A DNA stretch of 64,000 bases from Motilibacteraceae bacterium. GTDB lineage: Bacteria > Actinomycetota > Actinomycetes > Motilibacterales > Motilibacteraceae. Positions 53,039 through 64,000 of this stretch are shown in pieces. Every line of letters starts with the position of its first letter. Position 1 is the stretch's first letter. The notes under the pieces are model-generated. The model did not search any database. It was not told the DNA's origin and was given only the letters and a program-made list of their open reading frames with translations. A program made the position numbers and the translations under genes. Where the stretch lies: the NCBI GenBank assembly GCA_051954955.1, contig JBQCHF010000072.1:13319-77318 (forward strand), in the 5' to 3' direction.

Positions 53039-53126
53039 GAGGACTCCTTCGTCGGTCAGGGGAAGTGCGCCAGGGAGTGGACGGGAAGGCCGGTCGGGCC
53101 TGATCCACAGGGGTCAGGAGGCAGGG

Positions 53127-54248
53127 TCAGGAGGCAGCGGCCCCGGCGGGGGCCGGCACCTCGTAGACGTGGTCGTGCTGGAAGAGCAGCCGCACCTGCC
53201 GGCCGCGCAGGGCAGCGACGTCACCGGAGGACGTCGCGAGGTTCTGCTGCAGCGCCACCAGCTCGCCGCCCGCCGCCAGCGCGACGACGAACCGGGTGGC
53301 CGACCCGACGTAGACGACCTCGCGCACCACGCCGTCGGCGGCCAGCTCGCCCGCTGCCGGCTGCGCGCCCGGGTCGGCCAGGCGGATCTTCTCCGGGCGC
53401 ACGCTGAAGGTCCCCGGCCGGCCGAGGACCGCCCGGGCGGCGTCGCCGCGCACCAGGTTGGAGGTGCCGACGAAGCCGGCGACGAACTCGCTGGCCGGGT
53501 GCTCGTAGACCTCGGCGGGAGTGCCCACCTGCTCGATCCGACCGCGGGCGAACACCGCGATCCGGTCGCTCATGGTGAGCGCCTCCTCCTGGTCGTGCGT
53601 CACGAAGACGAACGTGATGCCGACCTCGCGCTGGATCCCCTTGAGCTCCACCTGCATCTGCTCGCGCAGCTTGAGGTCGAGCGCACCGAGCGGCTCGTCC
53701 AGCAGCAGCACGCGCGGGCGGTTGACCAGGGCGCGGGCGAGCGCCACCCGCTGGCGCTGCCCTCCGGAGAGCTGGCTGGGCCGCCGGTCGCCGTAGCCCT
53801 CCAGGCGCACCGAGGCCAGGGCCTCGGCGGCGCGGCGCCGGCGCTCGTCGCCCTTGACCCCCTTCACCCGCAGGCCGTACTCGACGTTCGCCTGCACGCT
53901 CATGTGCGGGCAGAGGGCGTAGTCCTGGAACACGGTGTTGACGTCGCGCTCGAACGGCGCCGCCCGGGTGACGTCCTGCCCGTCCAGCAGCACCGAGCCC
54001 GACGTCGGCAGCTCGAACCCGGCGATCATCCGCAGGACGGTCGTCTTGCCGGACCCCGAGGGGCCCAGCAGCGTGAGGAACTCGCCCTCGTGGACGTCGA
54101 GGTCCACTCCGTCCACCGCGTGCACGGCGTTCTCGCCCGAGCCGAAGGTCTTGCGCAGCGCGCGCAGCGCCACCGCGACGGACCCGGCCGCCCGACGGTC
54201 GGTCGCCGCCGGCGATCCCTCGGTCGCCACCTCGAGCCCCTGCTCCAC
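53127..54248 (-). CDS. ABC transporter ATP-binding protein, PotA-like
   Basis: Walker A is [11 protein letters not shown]. Signature is [15 protein letters not shown]. Walker B is [13 protein letters not shown]-terminal TOBE-like domain is present. Confidence 0.9.
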   Translation of the reverse strand: MEQGLEVATEGSPAATDRRAAGSVAVALRALRKTFGSGENAVHAVDGVDLDVHEGEFLTLLGPSGSGKTTVLRMIAGFELPTSGSVLLDGQDVTRAAPFERDVNTVFQDYALCPHMSVQANVEYGLRVKGVKGDERRRRAAEALASVRLEGYGDRRPSQLSGGQRQRVALARALVNRPRVLLLDEPLGALDLKLREQMQVELKGIQREVGITFVFVTHDQEEALTMSDRIAVFARGRIEQVGTPAEVYEHPASEFVAGFVGTSNLVRGDAARAVLGRPGTFSVRPEKIRLADPGAQPAAGELAADGVVREVVYVGSATRFVVALAAGGELVALQQNLATSSGDVAALRGRQVRLLFQHDHVYEVPAPAGAAAS

Positions 54249-54333
54249 CGCACCTCCCGCTGCTGCCCCGACCCGTCGTCTCGTCGTCGGCGGCGACGGA
54301 CCGACCTACCGTCACGGCTGGACGGTGGCCGAA

Positions 54334-54351
54334 ACATATGGATTCATATGT
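54334..54351. promoter_or_regulatory. AT-rich inverted repeat ACATATG-gatt-CATATGT in the divergent region between the ABC operon and the gntR gene; candidate GntR-family operator
   Basis: The 7-bp arms are perfect. This is the only AT-rich patch in the 213-nt divergent region. It fits the loose GntR-family operator pattern (GT-Nx-AC palindromes). Confidence 0.4.
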
Positions 54352-54461
54352 CAGAGCGCAAGACGGGGTCGCGGGTCGATACGGTCCCGTGACCGCACCG
54401 GGCGCAGGGACGGTCGCGAGGAGCAGGGCTCGGACGGGCACGACCGGGAGAGGGGGCGGCG

Positions 54462-55238
54462 GTGGAGCTGGGGCACCGGTCCCCGTCGCGGGCGCGGGCC
54501 ACCGTCTTCGCTCCCTTGGAAGCGGCCGGCCGGGTGGAGCTGGTGAGTCGGCGCCTCACCGACGCGATCGCCCTGGGCCTGCTCCGCGACGGCGAGCAGC
54601 TGCCCAGCGAGGCCGAACTGGCTGCCTCGCTCGGCGTGGCCACCGTGACGGTGCGCGAGGCCCTCTCGGCGTTGCGCCAGCAGGGCCTGGTCGAGACCCG
54701 GCGCGGGCGCGGCGGCGGCAGCTTCGTGCGCTCGCCGGACGATCCGGCAGCCGCCCTGCTCCGCTCACGGCTGGAGGAGCTCAGCCTGAGCGAGCTGCGG
54801 GACCTGTGCGACCACTACGCCGCGATCGCCGGCGCGGCCGCCCGCCTGGCCGCCGACCGCGCGGCGGAGGACGAGATCGACCGGCTGCGCGCGGCGGCCG
54901 AGGCGATGGACCGCGCCGTCGACGCCGGTCAGCGGCGCAGAGCCGAGGGCACCTTCCACATCGAGGTCGTGGCAGCCGCGCAGTCCGCCCGGCTGACCCG
55001 CGAGGAGATCCGGCTCCAGAACGAGGTCGGCCCGCTGCTGTGGCTGGCCAGCGGTGACGGCACCGTCGGCAAGGCGGCGTTCACCCAGCACCTCGAGGTG
55101 ACGCGGCTCATCGGCGACGGCGACGGCGACGGCGCGCGGGCGGCCACGGAGGAGCACGTGGGCGCCGCGCTCACCCGGCTGACCGCTTTGCACCGTTCGC
55201 TCAGCAGGGCGCGCCGCTCCGGGGGGACGGGCCGGTGA
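54462..55238 (+). CDS. GntR/FadR-family transcriptional regulator (wHTH plus FCD domain)
   Basis: Sequence: VSRRLTDAIALGLLRDGEQLPSEAELAASLGVATVTVREALSALRQQGLVETRRGRGGGSFV. A helical C-domain follows. Confidence 0.85.
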   Translation: MELGHRSPSRARATVFAPLEAAGRVELVSRRLTDAIALGLLRDGEQLPSEAELAASLGVATVTVREALSALRQQGLVETRRGRGGGSFVRSPDDPAAALLRSRLEELSLSELRDLCDHYAAIAGAAARLAADRAAEDEIDRLRAAAEAMDRAVDAGQRRRAEGTFHIEVVAAAQSARLTREEIRLQNEVGPLLWLASGDGTVGKAAFTQHLEVTRLIGDGDGDGARAATEEHVGAALTRLTALHRSLSRARRSGGTGR

Positions 55239-55266
55239 GCCGGGAGTACCGTCGCTCCGCTGGGCC

Positions 55267-56037
55267 GTGCTGACCGGGCGAGGAGGTGGGGCCGTGCCGC
55301 TCGTCGACGCCGACGCCGCTGCCGTCCTCGTGCAGCAGGTGCTCGCCCTGGCCGCCCAGGTGTTCGCCGGCGTCGACGCGCTCCGGCTGGCCACCGTGGA
55401 CGCCTTCACCGGTGCGCTGCCCGCACGGCCGGATCGCGCCGGGCTGGCCGGGCTCGAGCCGCTGGCCCGTCTCGCACTCACCACGCCGGACGAGCTGGTG
55501 GTCGGCGCGGGCTTCGTGGCCGCCCCGGGGTCGCTCGCCGACGCCGAGCACTGGCTGGAGTGGTGGACCCGCGGCGACGTCGTCGACGGCGGGGTGCGGG
55601 TGGACCGGCTCGCGGTCGTCACCGACCCGGCGGCCCCGGACTTCCGCGACTGGACCACGCTGCCCTGGTACTCCGTGCCGGAGCAGACCGGCTCGCGGCA
55701 CGTGACCGGTCCCTACGTCGACTACCTCTGCACCGACGACTACACGCTCACCTTCACCACACCGGTGCTCGTCGACGGTCGGTTCGTGGGCGTTACCGGC
55801 GCCGACGTCTACGCGCGCACAGTGGAACGTCGCCTGAGCGAGGCCCTGCGGGACGTGCCCGAGCCGGCGGTCATCGTGAACGCGCAGGGCCGGGTGGTGG
55901 CCGGCAACGAGGACGCGCCGGTCACCGGCGATCTGCTGCGCCAGGTGGCGGGGGCCTGGTCCGGCGTCGCCCCCACCGAGGGGCTGCGGCTGCACCGCTG
56001 CGGCGACCTCCCGCTGGCCGTCGCCGTCGGCGTCTGA
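55267..56037 (+). CDS. Cache/PDC-like sensor-fold protein (no output domain visible)
   Basis: Sequence: WYSVPEQTGSRHVTGPYVDYLCTDDYTLTFTTPVLVDGRFVGVTGADV. This resembles the Cache-domain core. GTG 55294, with GGAGG 7 nt upstream, is the more likely start. Confidence 0.5.
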   Translation: MLTGRGGGAVPLVDADAAAVLVQQVLALAAQVFAGVDALRLATVDAFTGALPARPDRAGLAGLEPLARLALTTPDELVVGAGFVAAPGSLADAEHWLEWWTRGDVVDGGVRVDRLAVVTDPAAPDFRDWTTLPWYSVPEQTGSRHVTGPYVDYLCTDDYTLTFTTPVLVDGRFVGVTGADVYARTVERRLSEALRDVPEPAVIVNAQGRVVAGNEDAPVTGDLLRQVAGAWSGVAPTEGLRLHRCGDLPLAVAVGV

Positions 56038-56057
56038 GCAGCCCTACCGTGGCGGCC

Positions 56058-56297
56058 ATGTGCCGCAGCATCCAGACCCTCCGCCCCCCGTTCGTCGACG
56101 AGGCCACCGACGAGCAGGTCCGCGCGGCGGCCCTGCAGTACGTCCGAAAGATCAGCGGGTTCCGCGCGCCCAGCCGGGCCAACGCGCAGGCGTTCGAGGC
56201 GGCCGTGGACGCGGTGGCCGCCGCCACCGCGGAGCTGCTGGCGTCGTTGGAGGTGCGACCGGCGCCGGTGCGCGCGGCGGAGGCTGCCGGGGGGTGA
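56058..56297 (+). CDS. DUF2277-family small protein
   Basis: Sequence: MCRSIQTLRPPFVDEATDEQVRAAALQYVRKISGFRAPSRANAQAFEAAVDAVAAATAELL. This matches the family pattern MCRNI.TL...P.T.EEI.AAALQYVRK.SG. Hidden in track ORF 55560..56297. Confidence 0.7.
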   Translation: MCRSIQTLRPPFVDEATDEQVRAAALQYVRKISGFRAPSRANAQAFEAAVDAVAAATAELLASLEVRPAPVRAAEAAGG

Positions 56298-56741
56298 CGT
56301 CCGGCCCGTCCATGACCGATGTGCGCACACAGGGTGCCGCCTGGGGGCGGCGTGTCGGAGCCTGGAAGGTGAGACACGCCGAGGTCCGGGCTGGGGGTGT
56401 GTGCGCAATTCGGACTCTGCTCGGAGGAACAAGAGCAGGGCACCATGCCGAGGGCGAGTCGAGCTGGCCGGGTGCGGGCGTGCGCCGGCCGAAGGACGCT
56501 GATGACGGGGCGGACCAGCATTGGGCACGTCATGCGACCGGCGGCGGCTCGAGTGGAAGGCTGATGTGCGACGCGCCGGCGTGTCGTGCGACAACCGTCC
56601 ACTCGACGGCGGCAAGACCGGCGGCCGGCCGCGCGACCGCACCCTCCGCTCGCTCCGCCCGTCACCAGCGCCTTCGATGTCCAGGAGCAGGAGCGCAGCC
56701 GGACCGTGAAGCTGCCGAAGGGGCGTCCCGCCCTAGGCAAG

Positions 56742-56781
56742 TACTCGCCCACCCAGCCGAATTTCCCTCGGCGGGCGAGTA
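56742..56781 (-). terminator. Hairpin immediately downstream of the monooxygenase stop
   Basis: Minus-sense sequence: TACTCGCCC(gccgag)-ggaaattc-(ggctgggt)GGGCGAGTA. The outer stem is 9 bp and perfect, and the inner pairing is partial. Confidence 0.45.
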
Positions 56782-56785
56782 AAGA

Positions 56786-58336
56786 TCACGGCCCCGTGCT
56801 CGTTCCGGACGGGACTGGCGGGGCCACTCGCGCGAAGCGCAGCTCGGGGTCGTCGACGCGGCCCTCGCGCAGCAGCTTGCGGTCGGCGAGGTGGTCCATC
56901 GTGGTGCGCCACGGCGACCGCTCGCCCTGGCGGGGCAGCTCGTGCACCGAGCGCTGGATGTAGCCGGCGCCGAAGTCGAGGAACGGGCGGGTCGGCATGG
57001 ACGCATCGGCGGGCACCGGCGTGCAGACGTCGAAGCCGTGGGCGTCCATGTGGGCCAGCAGGCGGCAGAAGTGCTCGCACAGCAGGCCGACCTTCAGCGT
57101 CCAGGAGGCGTTGGTGTAGCCGACGGCGTAGGCGAAGTTCGGGACGCCGGAGAGCATCATCCCCTTGTAGGCGAACGTGTCCGGCAGGTTCACCGGCACG
57201 CCGTCGACGCTGAGCGTCGCGCCGCCGAAGGGCTGCAGCACCAGGCCGGTGGCCGTGACGACGATGTCGGCCTCGAGCTCCCGGCCGGACTCCAGCCGCA
57301 CGCCCGTCGCGGTGAAGGTGGCGATCCGGTCGGTGACGACGGAGGCGGTCCCCTGCCGGATGGCGCGGAACAGGTCGCCGCCGGGCACGGTGCACAGGCG
57401 CTGGTCCCACGGGTCGTACGGCGGGTTGAAGTGCTCGTCCACCGGATAGCCGCCGGGCAGCATCGAGGTGTTGATCTTCCGGATGAGCCGTCGGGCGGCC
57501 TGCGGGTGCCGCTGGCAGAAGCGGTAGATCGCCCGCTGCTGCGCGATGTTCTTGCGCCGGCTGAGGGCGTGGCCGCGCTCGTCGCCGAGGTACTTCTTGA
57601 GCATGGTGGCGACGGGGTCCTTGCGCGGCACCGGCAGCACGTAGGTGGGCGTGCGCTGCAGCATGGTCACGTGCGCGGCGGTGCCCGCCATCGCGGGCAC
57701 GAGCGTGACGGCGGTCGCGCCGCTGCCGATGACCAGGACCCGCTTGCCGGCGTAGTCCAGGTCCTCGGGCCACTCCTGCGGGTGCACCACGGTGCCCTCG
57801 AAGGCCTCGATGCCCCGGAAGGCCGGGGTGTAGCCGCGGTCGTAGCGGTAGTAGCCGCCGGCGCAGAACAGCCAGCCGCACCGCAGGGACTGCTGCTCGC
57901 CGGTGTCGGTGCGCTCCACCTGCACGGTCCACTCCGCGGCGCTGGAGGACCACGACGCGCGCAGGACCCGATGGTGGTAGCGGATCCGGTCGGCCAGGCC
58001 GTTCTCGCGCACGGTCTCCTGCAGGTAGGCCAGGATCCGCGGCGCATCGGCGATCGCCGACTCGTCCCGCCACGGCTTGAACTCGTAGCCGAAGGTGTAG
58101 AGGTCCGAGTCCGAGCGGGCGCCCGGGTAGCGGAAGAGGTCCCAGGTGCCGCCCAGCGCGCCGCGCGCCTCCAGGATGGCGAAGGACTTCCCCGGCAGCG
58201 ACGTCGTCAGGTAGCGGGCGGCGCCGATCCCCGAGATCCCGGCGCCCACGATGAGCACGTCGAGCCGTTCGACGTCGTCGGGCCCGTCGTCCTGCCTGCC
58301 CTCGCCCGCCGCGGCCTGCGTGGAAGCTCTGCTCAC
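56786..58336 (-). CDS. Flavin-containing (Baeyer-Villiger-type) monooxygenase
   Basis: GTG 58336. FAD motif: DVLIVGAGISGIGAA. The sequence FxGxxxHxxxW-type FRGIEAFEGTVVHPQEW is present. NADPH motif: RVLVIGSGATAV. The track ORF upstream of 58336 overlaps the DUF1707 gene. Confidence 0.85.
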   Translation of the reverse strand: MSRASTQAAAGEGRQDDGPDDVERLDVLIVGAGISGIGAARYLTTSLPGKSFAILEARGALGGTWDLFRYPGARSDSDLYTFGYEFKPWRDESAIADAPRILAYLQETVRENGLADRIRYHHRVLRASWSSSAAEWTVQVERTDTGEQQSLRCGWLFCAGGYYRYDRGYTPAFRGIEAFEGTVVHPQEWPEDLDYAGKRVLVIGSGATAVTLVPAMAGTAAHVTMLQRTPTYVLPVPRKDPVATMLKKYLGDERGHALSRRKNIAQQRAIYRFCQRHPQAARRLIRKINTSMLPGGYPVDEHFNPPYDPWDQRLCTVPGGDLFRAIRQGTASVVTDRIATFTATGVRLESGRELEADIVVTATGLVLQPFGGATLSVDGVPVNLPDTFAYKGMMLSGVPNFAYAVGYTNASWTLKVGLLCEHFCRLLAHMDAHGFDVCTPVPADASMPTRPFLDFGAGYIQRSVHELPRQGERSPWRTTMDHLADRKLLREGRVDDPELRFARVAPPVPSGTSTGP

Positions 58337-58350
58337 CGCACGAGTGTGCG

Positions 58351-58752
58351 TCAGGGCCGGTAGGGCGGTCTCCCCGGCCCCCAGCCGTGCGTCCCGTGCC
58401 GGTGCCGGGCGAGCCTGGTCACCACCAGGACCAGCACCACCAGCGGCACCACCGGGCCGCCGTGCAGCGCCACCCCCACCACCAGGAAGGCGAGCAGCAC
58501 CAGCGGCAGGGGCCAGCGGGCCGGTGGGCGGCGCATGGCGGGCCGCGCCGCGGCCCACTCCTGCGCACGGAGGTCGGGCAGGTCGGCCAGCAGCGCGTCC
58601 AGGTCGGACTGGGTCCTGGCACGCAGCGCCGCCTCGGTGCGCTCCTCGTGCTCGAGGCGGGTGAGCCGGCCGTCGACGAAGTGGCGGCCGAGCAGGTCGA
58701 TCGTCGTGTCGCGCTCGGCGTCGCCGATGCGCAGGTCCCTGTACACAGTCAT
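58351..58752 (-). CDS. DUF1707 (SHOCT-like) domain membrane protein
   Basis: Sequence: LRIGDAERDTTIDLLGRHFVDGRLTRLEHEERTEAAL. Two TM segments follow. Confidence 0.75.
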   Translation of the reverse strand: MTVYRDLRIGDAERDTTIDLLGRHFVDGRLTRLEHEERTEAALRARTQSDLDALLADLPDLRAQEWAAARPAMRRPPARWPLPLVLLAFLVVGVALHGGPVVPLVVLVLVVTRLARHRHGTHGWGPGRPPYRP

Positions 58753-58780
58753 CGGTCCTGCCCTCTCCGATCAGCCACGG

Positions 58781-59500
58781 TCAGCCTGCGTCCTCGCGGC
58801 CGGTGTCGTCCTCGGCCAGCAGCCGGTAGAGCGCCCGCCGGGTCTCCACCAGCAGCCGCTCGGCCCGCTCGGCCTGCTCCGGGGTGCCGGCGGAGGCCAC
58901 CTGCATCACCGCTGCCATCACCTCGCCGGCCCGCTGGCGCAGCGCGGCGCCGATCTCGTCCTCGTCCGGCTGCTCCCAGGGGCGCAGCTGCTCCCAGGGC
59001 GCCTTGCCGGCGCTCGACGACTCCTGGCGCGCCACCTCCTGCCGCCCGGCGTCGGTGAGGGTGAAGACGCGCCGGCCGCCGCTCTCGGCCACCGTCACCA
59101 GCCCCTCGTCCTCGAGCTGCTGCAAGGTCGGGTAGACCGACCCCGGGCTGGGGCGCCACGCGCCGCGGCTGCGCTCGGCCAGCTCGGTGATGACCTGGTA
59201 GCCGTGCATGGGCTGCTCGGCGAGCAGCGCGAGCACCGCCGCCCGGACGTCGCCCTTGCGCTGGCGGGGACGTCGCGGGCCGCCACCGCCGGGGAAGCCC
59301 CAGCCGAACGGCGGCCCGCCCCACGGGGGTCCCGGACGACGGCCGCGGTGGCCACCCTCGTCATCCTGCCGATGCCCCATCTGGCCCAGCTGCCCCATCT
59401 GGCTCGTCCAGGCCGCCCACGCCGCGCGCCGCCAGCCGCCGGCGAACCCGCCGGGGCCGAAGCCGGGACATCCCGCCGCCGCATCCATCGTGCTCGCCAC
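58781..59500 (-). CDS. PadR-family transcriptional regulator with a Gly-rich N-terminal extension
   Basis: Sequence: KGDVRAAVLALLAEQPMHGYQVITELAERSRGAWRPSPGSVYPTLQQLEDEGLVT. The start is uncertain. Confidence 0.8.
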   Translation of the reverse strand: MASTMDAAAGCPGFGPGGFAGGWRRAAWAAWTSQMGQLGQMGHRQDDEGGHRGRRPGPPWGGPPFGWGFPGGGGPRRPRQRKGDVRAAVLALLAEQPMHGYQVITELAERSRGAWRPSPGSVYPTLQQLEDEGLVTVAESGGRRVFTLTDAGRQEVARQESSSAGKAPWEQLRPWEQPDEDEIGAALRQRAGEVMAAVMQVASAGTPEQAERAERLLVETRRALYRLLAEDDTGREDAG

Positions 59501-59530
59501 CCCTCACTGCGCCTGGTCCCGACACATCGA

Positions 59531-59540
59531 CGATATATCG
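59531..59540. promoter_or_regulatory. Perfect AT-rich palindrome CGATATATCG in the padR/ychJ divergent region (operator or -10 element)
   Basis: Read directly from the sequence. It is the only AT-rich element in the 85-nt gap. Confidence 0.25.
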
Positions 59541-59585
59541 GTGCCCACCAACGTCAAGGGTGTCCGCCTGGGCGATCATGGGTGG

Positions 59586-60002
59586 GTGGCACGACGCAGA
59601 CAGCCCCGACCAGCCGCCCAGCACCCGGCACCGGACACGGCCTGTCCCTGCGGCACCGGCGAGGCCTACGGCGCGTGCTGCGGCCCCGTGCTGGCCGGCG
59701 AGCCCGCGCCGACGCCCGAGCGGCTCATGCGCTCGCGCTACACGGCCTTCGCCGTCGGCGACGCCGAGCACCTGCTGGCCAGCTGGCACCCCTCCCGTCG
59801 CCCACGCTCGCTGGCCCTGGACCCGGACCTGCGCTGGACCGGGCTCACCGTGCTCGCCACCAGCGGTGGCTTCGGCGGGAGCGAGGGCACGGTGGAGTTC
59901 GAGGCGCGCTACGAGGAGGGCGGCCGGCCGGGCGCGCTGCACGAGAGGAGCCGGTTCGTGCGCGAGGACGCCCGCTGGTTCTACGTCGCGGCCGTCGGCT
60001 GA
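59586..60002 (+). CDS. YchJ-family protein (SEC-C metal-binding motif plus NTF2-like domain)
   Basis: Sequence: CPCGTGEAYGACCGPVLAGEPAPTPERLMRSRYTAFAVGDAEHLLASWHP. This compares with E. coli YchJ CPCGS...CC...APDPEHLMRSRYCAF. Start is GTG 59586 or GTG 59541. Confidence 0.75.
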   Translation: MARRRQPRPAAQHPAPDTACPCGTGEAYGACCGPVLAGEPAPTPERLMRSRYTAFAVGDAEHLLASWHPSRRPRSLALDPDLRWTGLTVLATSGGFGGSEGTVEFEARYEEGGRPGALHERSRFVREDARWFYVAAVG

Positions 60003-60106
60003 AGGGGGCGCAGCCAAACCCCACGCTCACAGCGGGCGCGTCGCTAGCGTGCGCTCGTGCGCGGACGTACGCGTACTCAGCACGCTCGAGGGGACCGGGG
60101 GACTCC

Positions 60107-60451
60107 ATGCCGACCTGCCCGCACTGCCATGCCTATGTCGAGGACGGCTACGCCACGTGCGGCAGCTGTGGGCGGCTGCTGCGCGAGGGCACCACGACGA
60201 CGTCGCCTCGCACGTCGGGTGAGTGGACCGACCTCGCCACCGACGCCGGCAACGTGGGCACCGTCCTGTCGTTCGTGGCATGGACCAGCCTGGTGCTGGG
60301 TGTGCTGGCCGCCTTCTTCCTCGCGGTGGGCGACCATCTCCTGGCCGGCGCCGCCACCGTGGTCTCCGCCATCGGCACCTGGTCGATGACCCTGCTCGGC
60401 TCGGTCGTGGCGCGCTACGTCTCCCTCCTCGCGCGGGAGCGCCGGGCCTGA
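60107..60451 (+). CDS. Zinc-ribbon (CxxC...CxxC) membrane protein, hypothetical
   Basis: Sequence MPTCPHCHAYVEDGYATCGSCG, followed by two TM helices. It is the last 114 codons of track ORF 58535..60451. Confidence 0.5.
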   Translation: MPTCPHCHAYVEDGYATCGSCGRLLREGTTTTSPRTSGEWTDLATDAGNVGTVLSFVAWTSLVLGVLAAFFLAVGDHLLAGAATVVSAIGTWSMTLLGSVVARYVSLLARERRA

Positions 60452-60461
60452 CCCGGCCCGC

Positions 60462-60839
60462 TCAGCCGGGCAGCAGCGGGAGCAGCGCGGCCAGGTCGGC
60501 GCGCTCCCCCGAGGCCGACACCCGGGCGGCCGATACCGCCTCGGCCCAGCCGACCCGGCCGGTGGCCAGGTCCAGCCAGGTGCGCGGGTCGGTCTCGACC
60601 ACGTTGGGCGGGGTGCCGCGGGTGTGCCGCGGCCCGGCGATGCACTGGGTGACGCCGTAGGGCGGCACCCGCACCTCCACGCTGCCGCCGGGGGAGCGCT
60701 CGGCCAGCTCCTCGAGCAGGAACCGGGTGGCGGTCTTGAGATCGGCCCGCAGCGGGTCGACGTCGGCGTCCAGGGCACCCAGGGCCCGCTCCAGCGCGGC
60801 GCGACCCTCGACCGGGTCGGTCCTGCGGCGCGCTGGCAC
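60462..60839 (-). CDS. Conserved hypothetical protein downstream of purL (sterol-carrier-like family, by recollection)
   Basis: GTG 60839. Sequence: ...[69 protein letters not shown]. The family assignment is tentative. Confidence 0.45.
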   Translation of the reverse strand: MPARRRTDPVEGRAALERALGALDADVDPLRADLKTATRFLLEELAERSPGGSVEVRVPPYGVTQCIAGPRHTRGTPPNVVETDPRTWLDLATGRVGWAEAVSAARVSASGERADLAALLPLLPG

Positions 60840-60856
60840 GGCTCTCCCCGGCCTCC

Positions 60857-63124
<2,268 letters not shown>

Positions 63125-63136
63125 TGCTCGCCTCTC

Positions 63137-64000
63137 CTACCAGATCCGGACGCGCCGGTCCGGCGCCAGCCACAGCCCGTCACCCTCGACCACGTCGAAC
63201 GCGGCGTAGAACTCGTCGAGGTTGCGCACCACGTTGCAGCGGAACTCTCCCGGCGCGTGCGGGTCGACCGAGAGCCGCCGGACGGCCTCCGCCTCGCGGG
63301 TCTTGGTGGCCCAGCACTGGGCCCAGCCCATGAAGAACCGCTGGTCGCCGGTGAGACCGTCGATGACCGGCGGCTCCTGGCCGGCCAGCGAGATGCGGTA
63401 GGCGCGGTAGGCGACGGTGAGGCCGCCGAGGTCGCCGATGTTCTCCCCGACCGTGAACGCGCCGTTGACGCGGTGGCCGGGCGCCTCGCGCGGCTCGAAC
63501 GTGTCGTACTGCGCGATGAGCGCCGCAGCCCGTTCCTCGAAGCGGGCCCGGTCCTCGTCGGTCCACCAGTCCGACAGGTTGCCGTCGCCGTCGTACTTGC
63601 TGCCCTGGTCGTCGAAGCCGTGGCCGATCTCGTGCCCGATCACCGCGCCGATGCCGCCGTAGTTGGCGGCGTCGTCGGCGTCGGCGTCGAAGAACGGCGG
63701 CTGCAGGATGGCCGCGGGGAAGACGATCTCGTTCATCCCCGGGTTGTAGTAGGCGTTGACCGTCTGCGGGGTCATGAACCACTCGCCACGGTCCACCGGG
63801 GAGCCGATCTTGCCCAGCTCGCGGTCGGTCTCGTGCGCGTTGGACCGCTGGACGTTGCCCAGCAGGTCGCCGCGCTCGATGACGAGTCCGACGTAGTCCT
63901 TCCACTCGTCGGGGTATCCGACCTTGGGCGTGAACTTGGCCAGCTTCTCCAGCGCGCGCTCGCGGGTGTCCGGGCTCATCCAGTCCAGGGCTGAGATGTC
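63137..64000 (-). CDS. M13-family zinc metallopeptidase (PepO/neprilysin-like), C-terminal 287 aa; 5' end beyond the window
   Basis: HExxH in GAVIGHEIGHGFDDQGSKYDGDGNL. Downstream GENIGDLGG. Typical C-terminus ...RVRIW. The frame is open to position 64000. Confidence 0.85.
   Translation of the reverse strand, partial: DISALDWMSPDTRERALEKLAKFTPKVGYPDEWKDYVGLVIERGDLLGNVQRSNAHETDRELGKIGSPVDRGEWFMTPQTVNAYYNPGMNEIVFPAAILQPPFFDADADDAANYGGIGAVIGHEIGHGFDDQGSKYDGDGNLSDWWTDEDRARFEERAAALIAQYDTFEPREAPGHRVNGAFTVGENIGDLGGLTVAYRAYRISLAGQEPPVIDGLTGDQRFFMGWAQCWATKTREAEAVRRLSVDPHAPGEFRCNVVRNLDEFYAAFDVVEGDGLWLAPDRRVRIW

Noticed and set aside
56521-56963. Small plus-strand ORFs (62 aa and 125 aa) in the convergent gap
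   Set aside because: Both are Arg/Pro-rich with no coding-like GC3. The 125-aa ORF is antisense to the monooxygenase 3' end.

Overview
This is a high-GC, actinobacterial-type chromosome segment.

**Motility supercluster (1 to about 43.2 kb)**
- **Early flagellar operon.** About 21 kb, co-directional on the minus strand, in the Bacillus/spirochaete gene order: flgB-flgC-fliE-fliF-fliG-fliH-fliI-fliJ-[NlpC/P60+SLT hydrolase]-fliK-flgD-flgE-flbD-motA-motB-fliL-fliM-fliN-fliO-fliP-fliQ-fliR-flhB-flhA-[FlhF-like]. It is Gram-positive in style, with no L/P-ring genes.
- **Late module.** fliA, fliC and flaG-fliD-fliS-hyp-GT2 lie on the minus strand. They diverge from flgN-flgK-flgL-fliW-csrA-[double GT2] on the plus strand.
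- **Chemotaxis operon.** cheA-cheW-mcp (cytoplasmic, tandem GAF)-cheB-cheR-cheY-cheX-cheY-[cheX-like].

**Conserved core (43.4 kb onward)**
- bldC, a hypothetical, a Leu/Val dehydrogenase, DUF3073, purM and purF.
- A PotABCD-type ABC importer, a GntR regulator, a Cache-like protein and DUF2277.
- A flavin monooxygenase, DUF1707, PadR, YchJ, a zinc-ribbon membrane protein, purL and an M13 peptidase.
- I saw no rRNA, tRNA, CRISPR array or transposase.

**How the calls were made**
- Most long ORFs in the supplied track are antisense or out-of-frame shadow ORFs.
- My calls rest on recognisable family motifs, on the frame with high third-position GC, and on ATGA/GTGA start-stop coupling.
- No homology search was possible. 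Family names are therefore recollection-based, and start codons are best guesses.

**Most interesting observations**
1. An identical TCAG-N15-GCCGA box lies upstream of flgB, fliC and flgN. It is a candidate FliA regulon promoter that covers the early operon as well as late genes.
2. A FliW-CsrA partner-switch module is present, and the fliC leader carries GGA hairpin sites.
3. Three GT2 domains in two genes bracket the late module, which suggests flagellin glycosylation.
4. A P60+SLT hydrolase is embedded in the rod/hook operon.
5. The soluble MCP contains a 516-bp tandem GAF duplication.
6. A conserved DUF3073 gene, missed by the ORF track, appears to start at CTG.
7. A small membrane-protein gene is frame-broken inside a homopolymer run.
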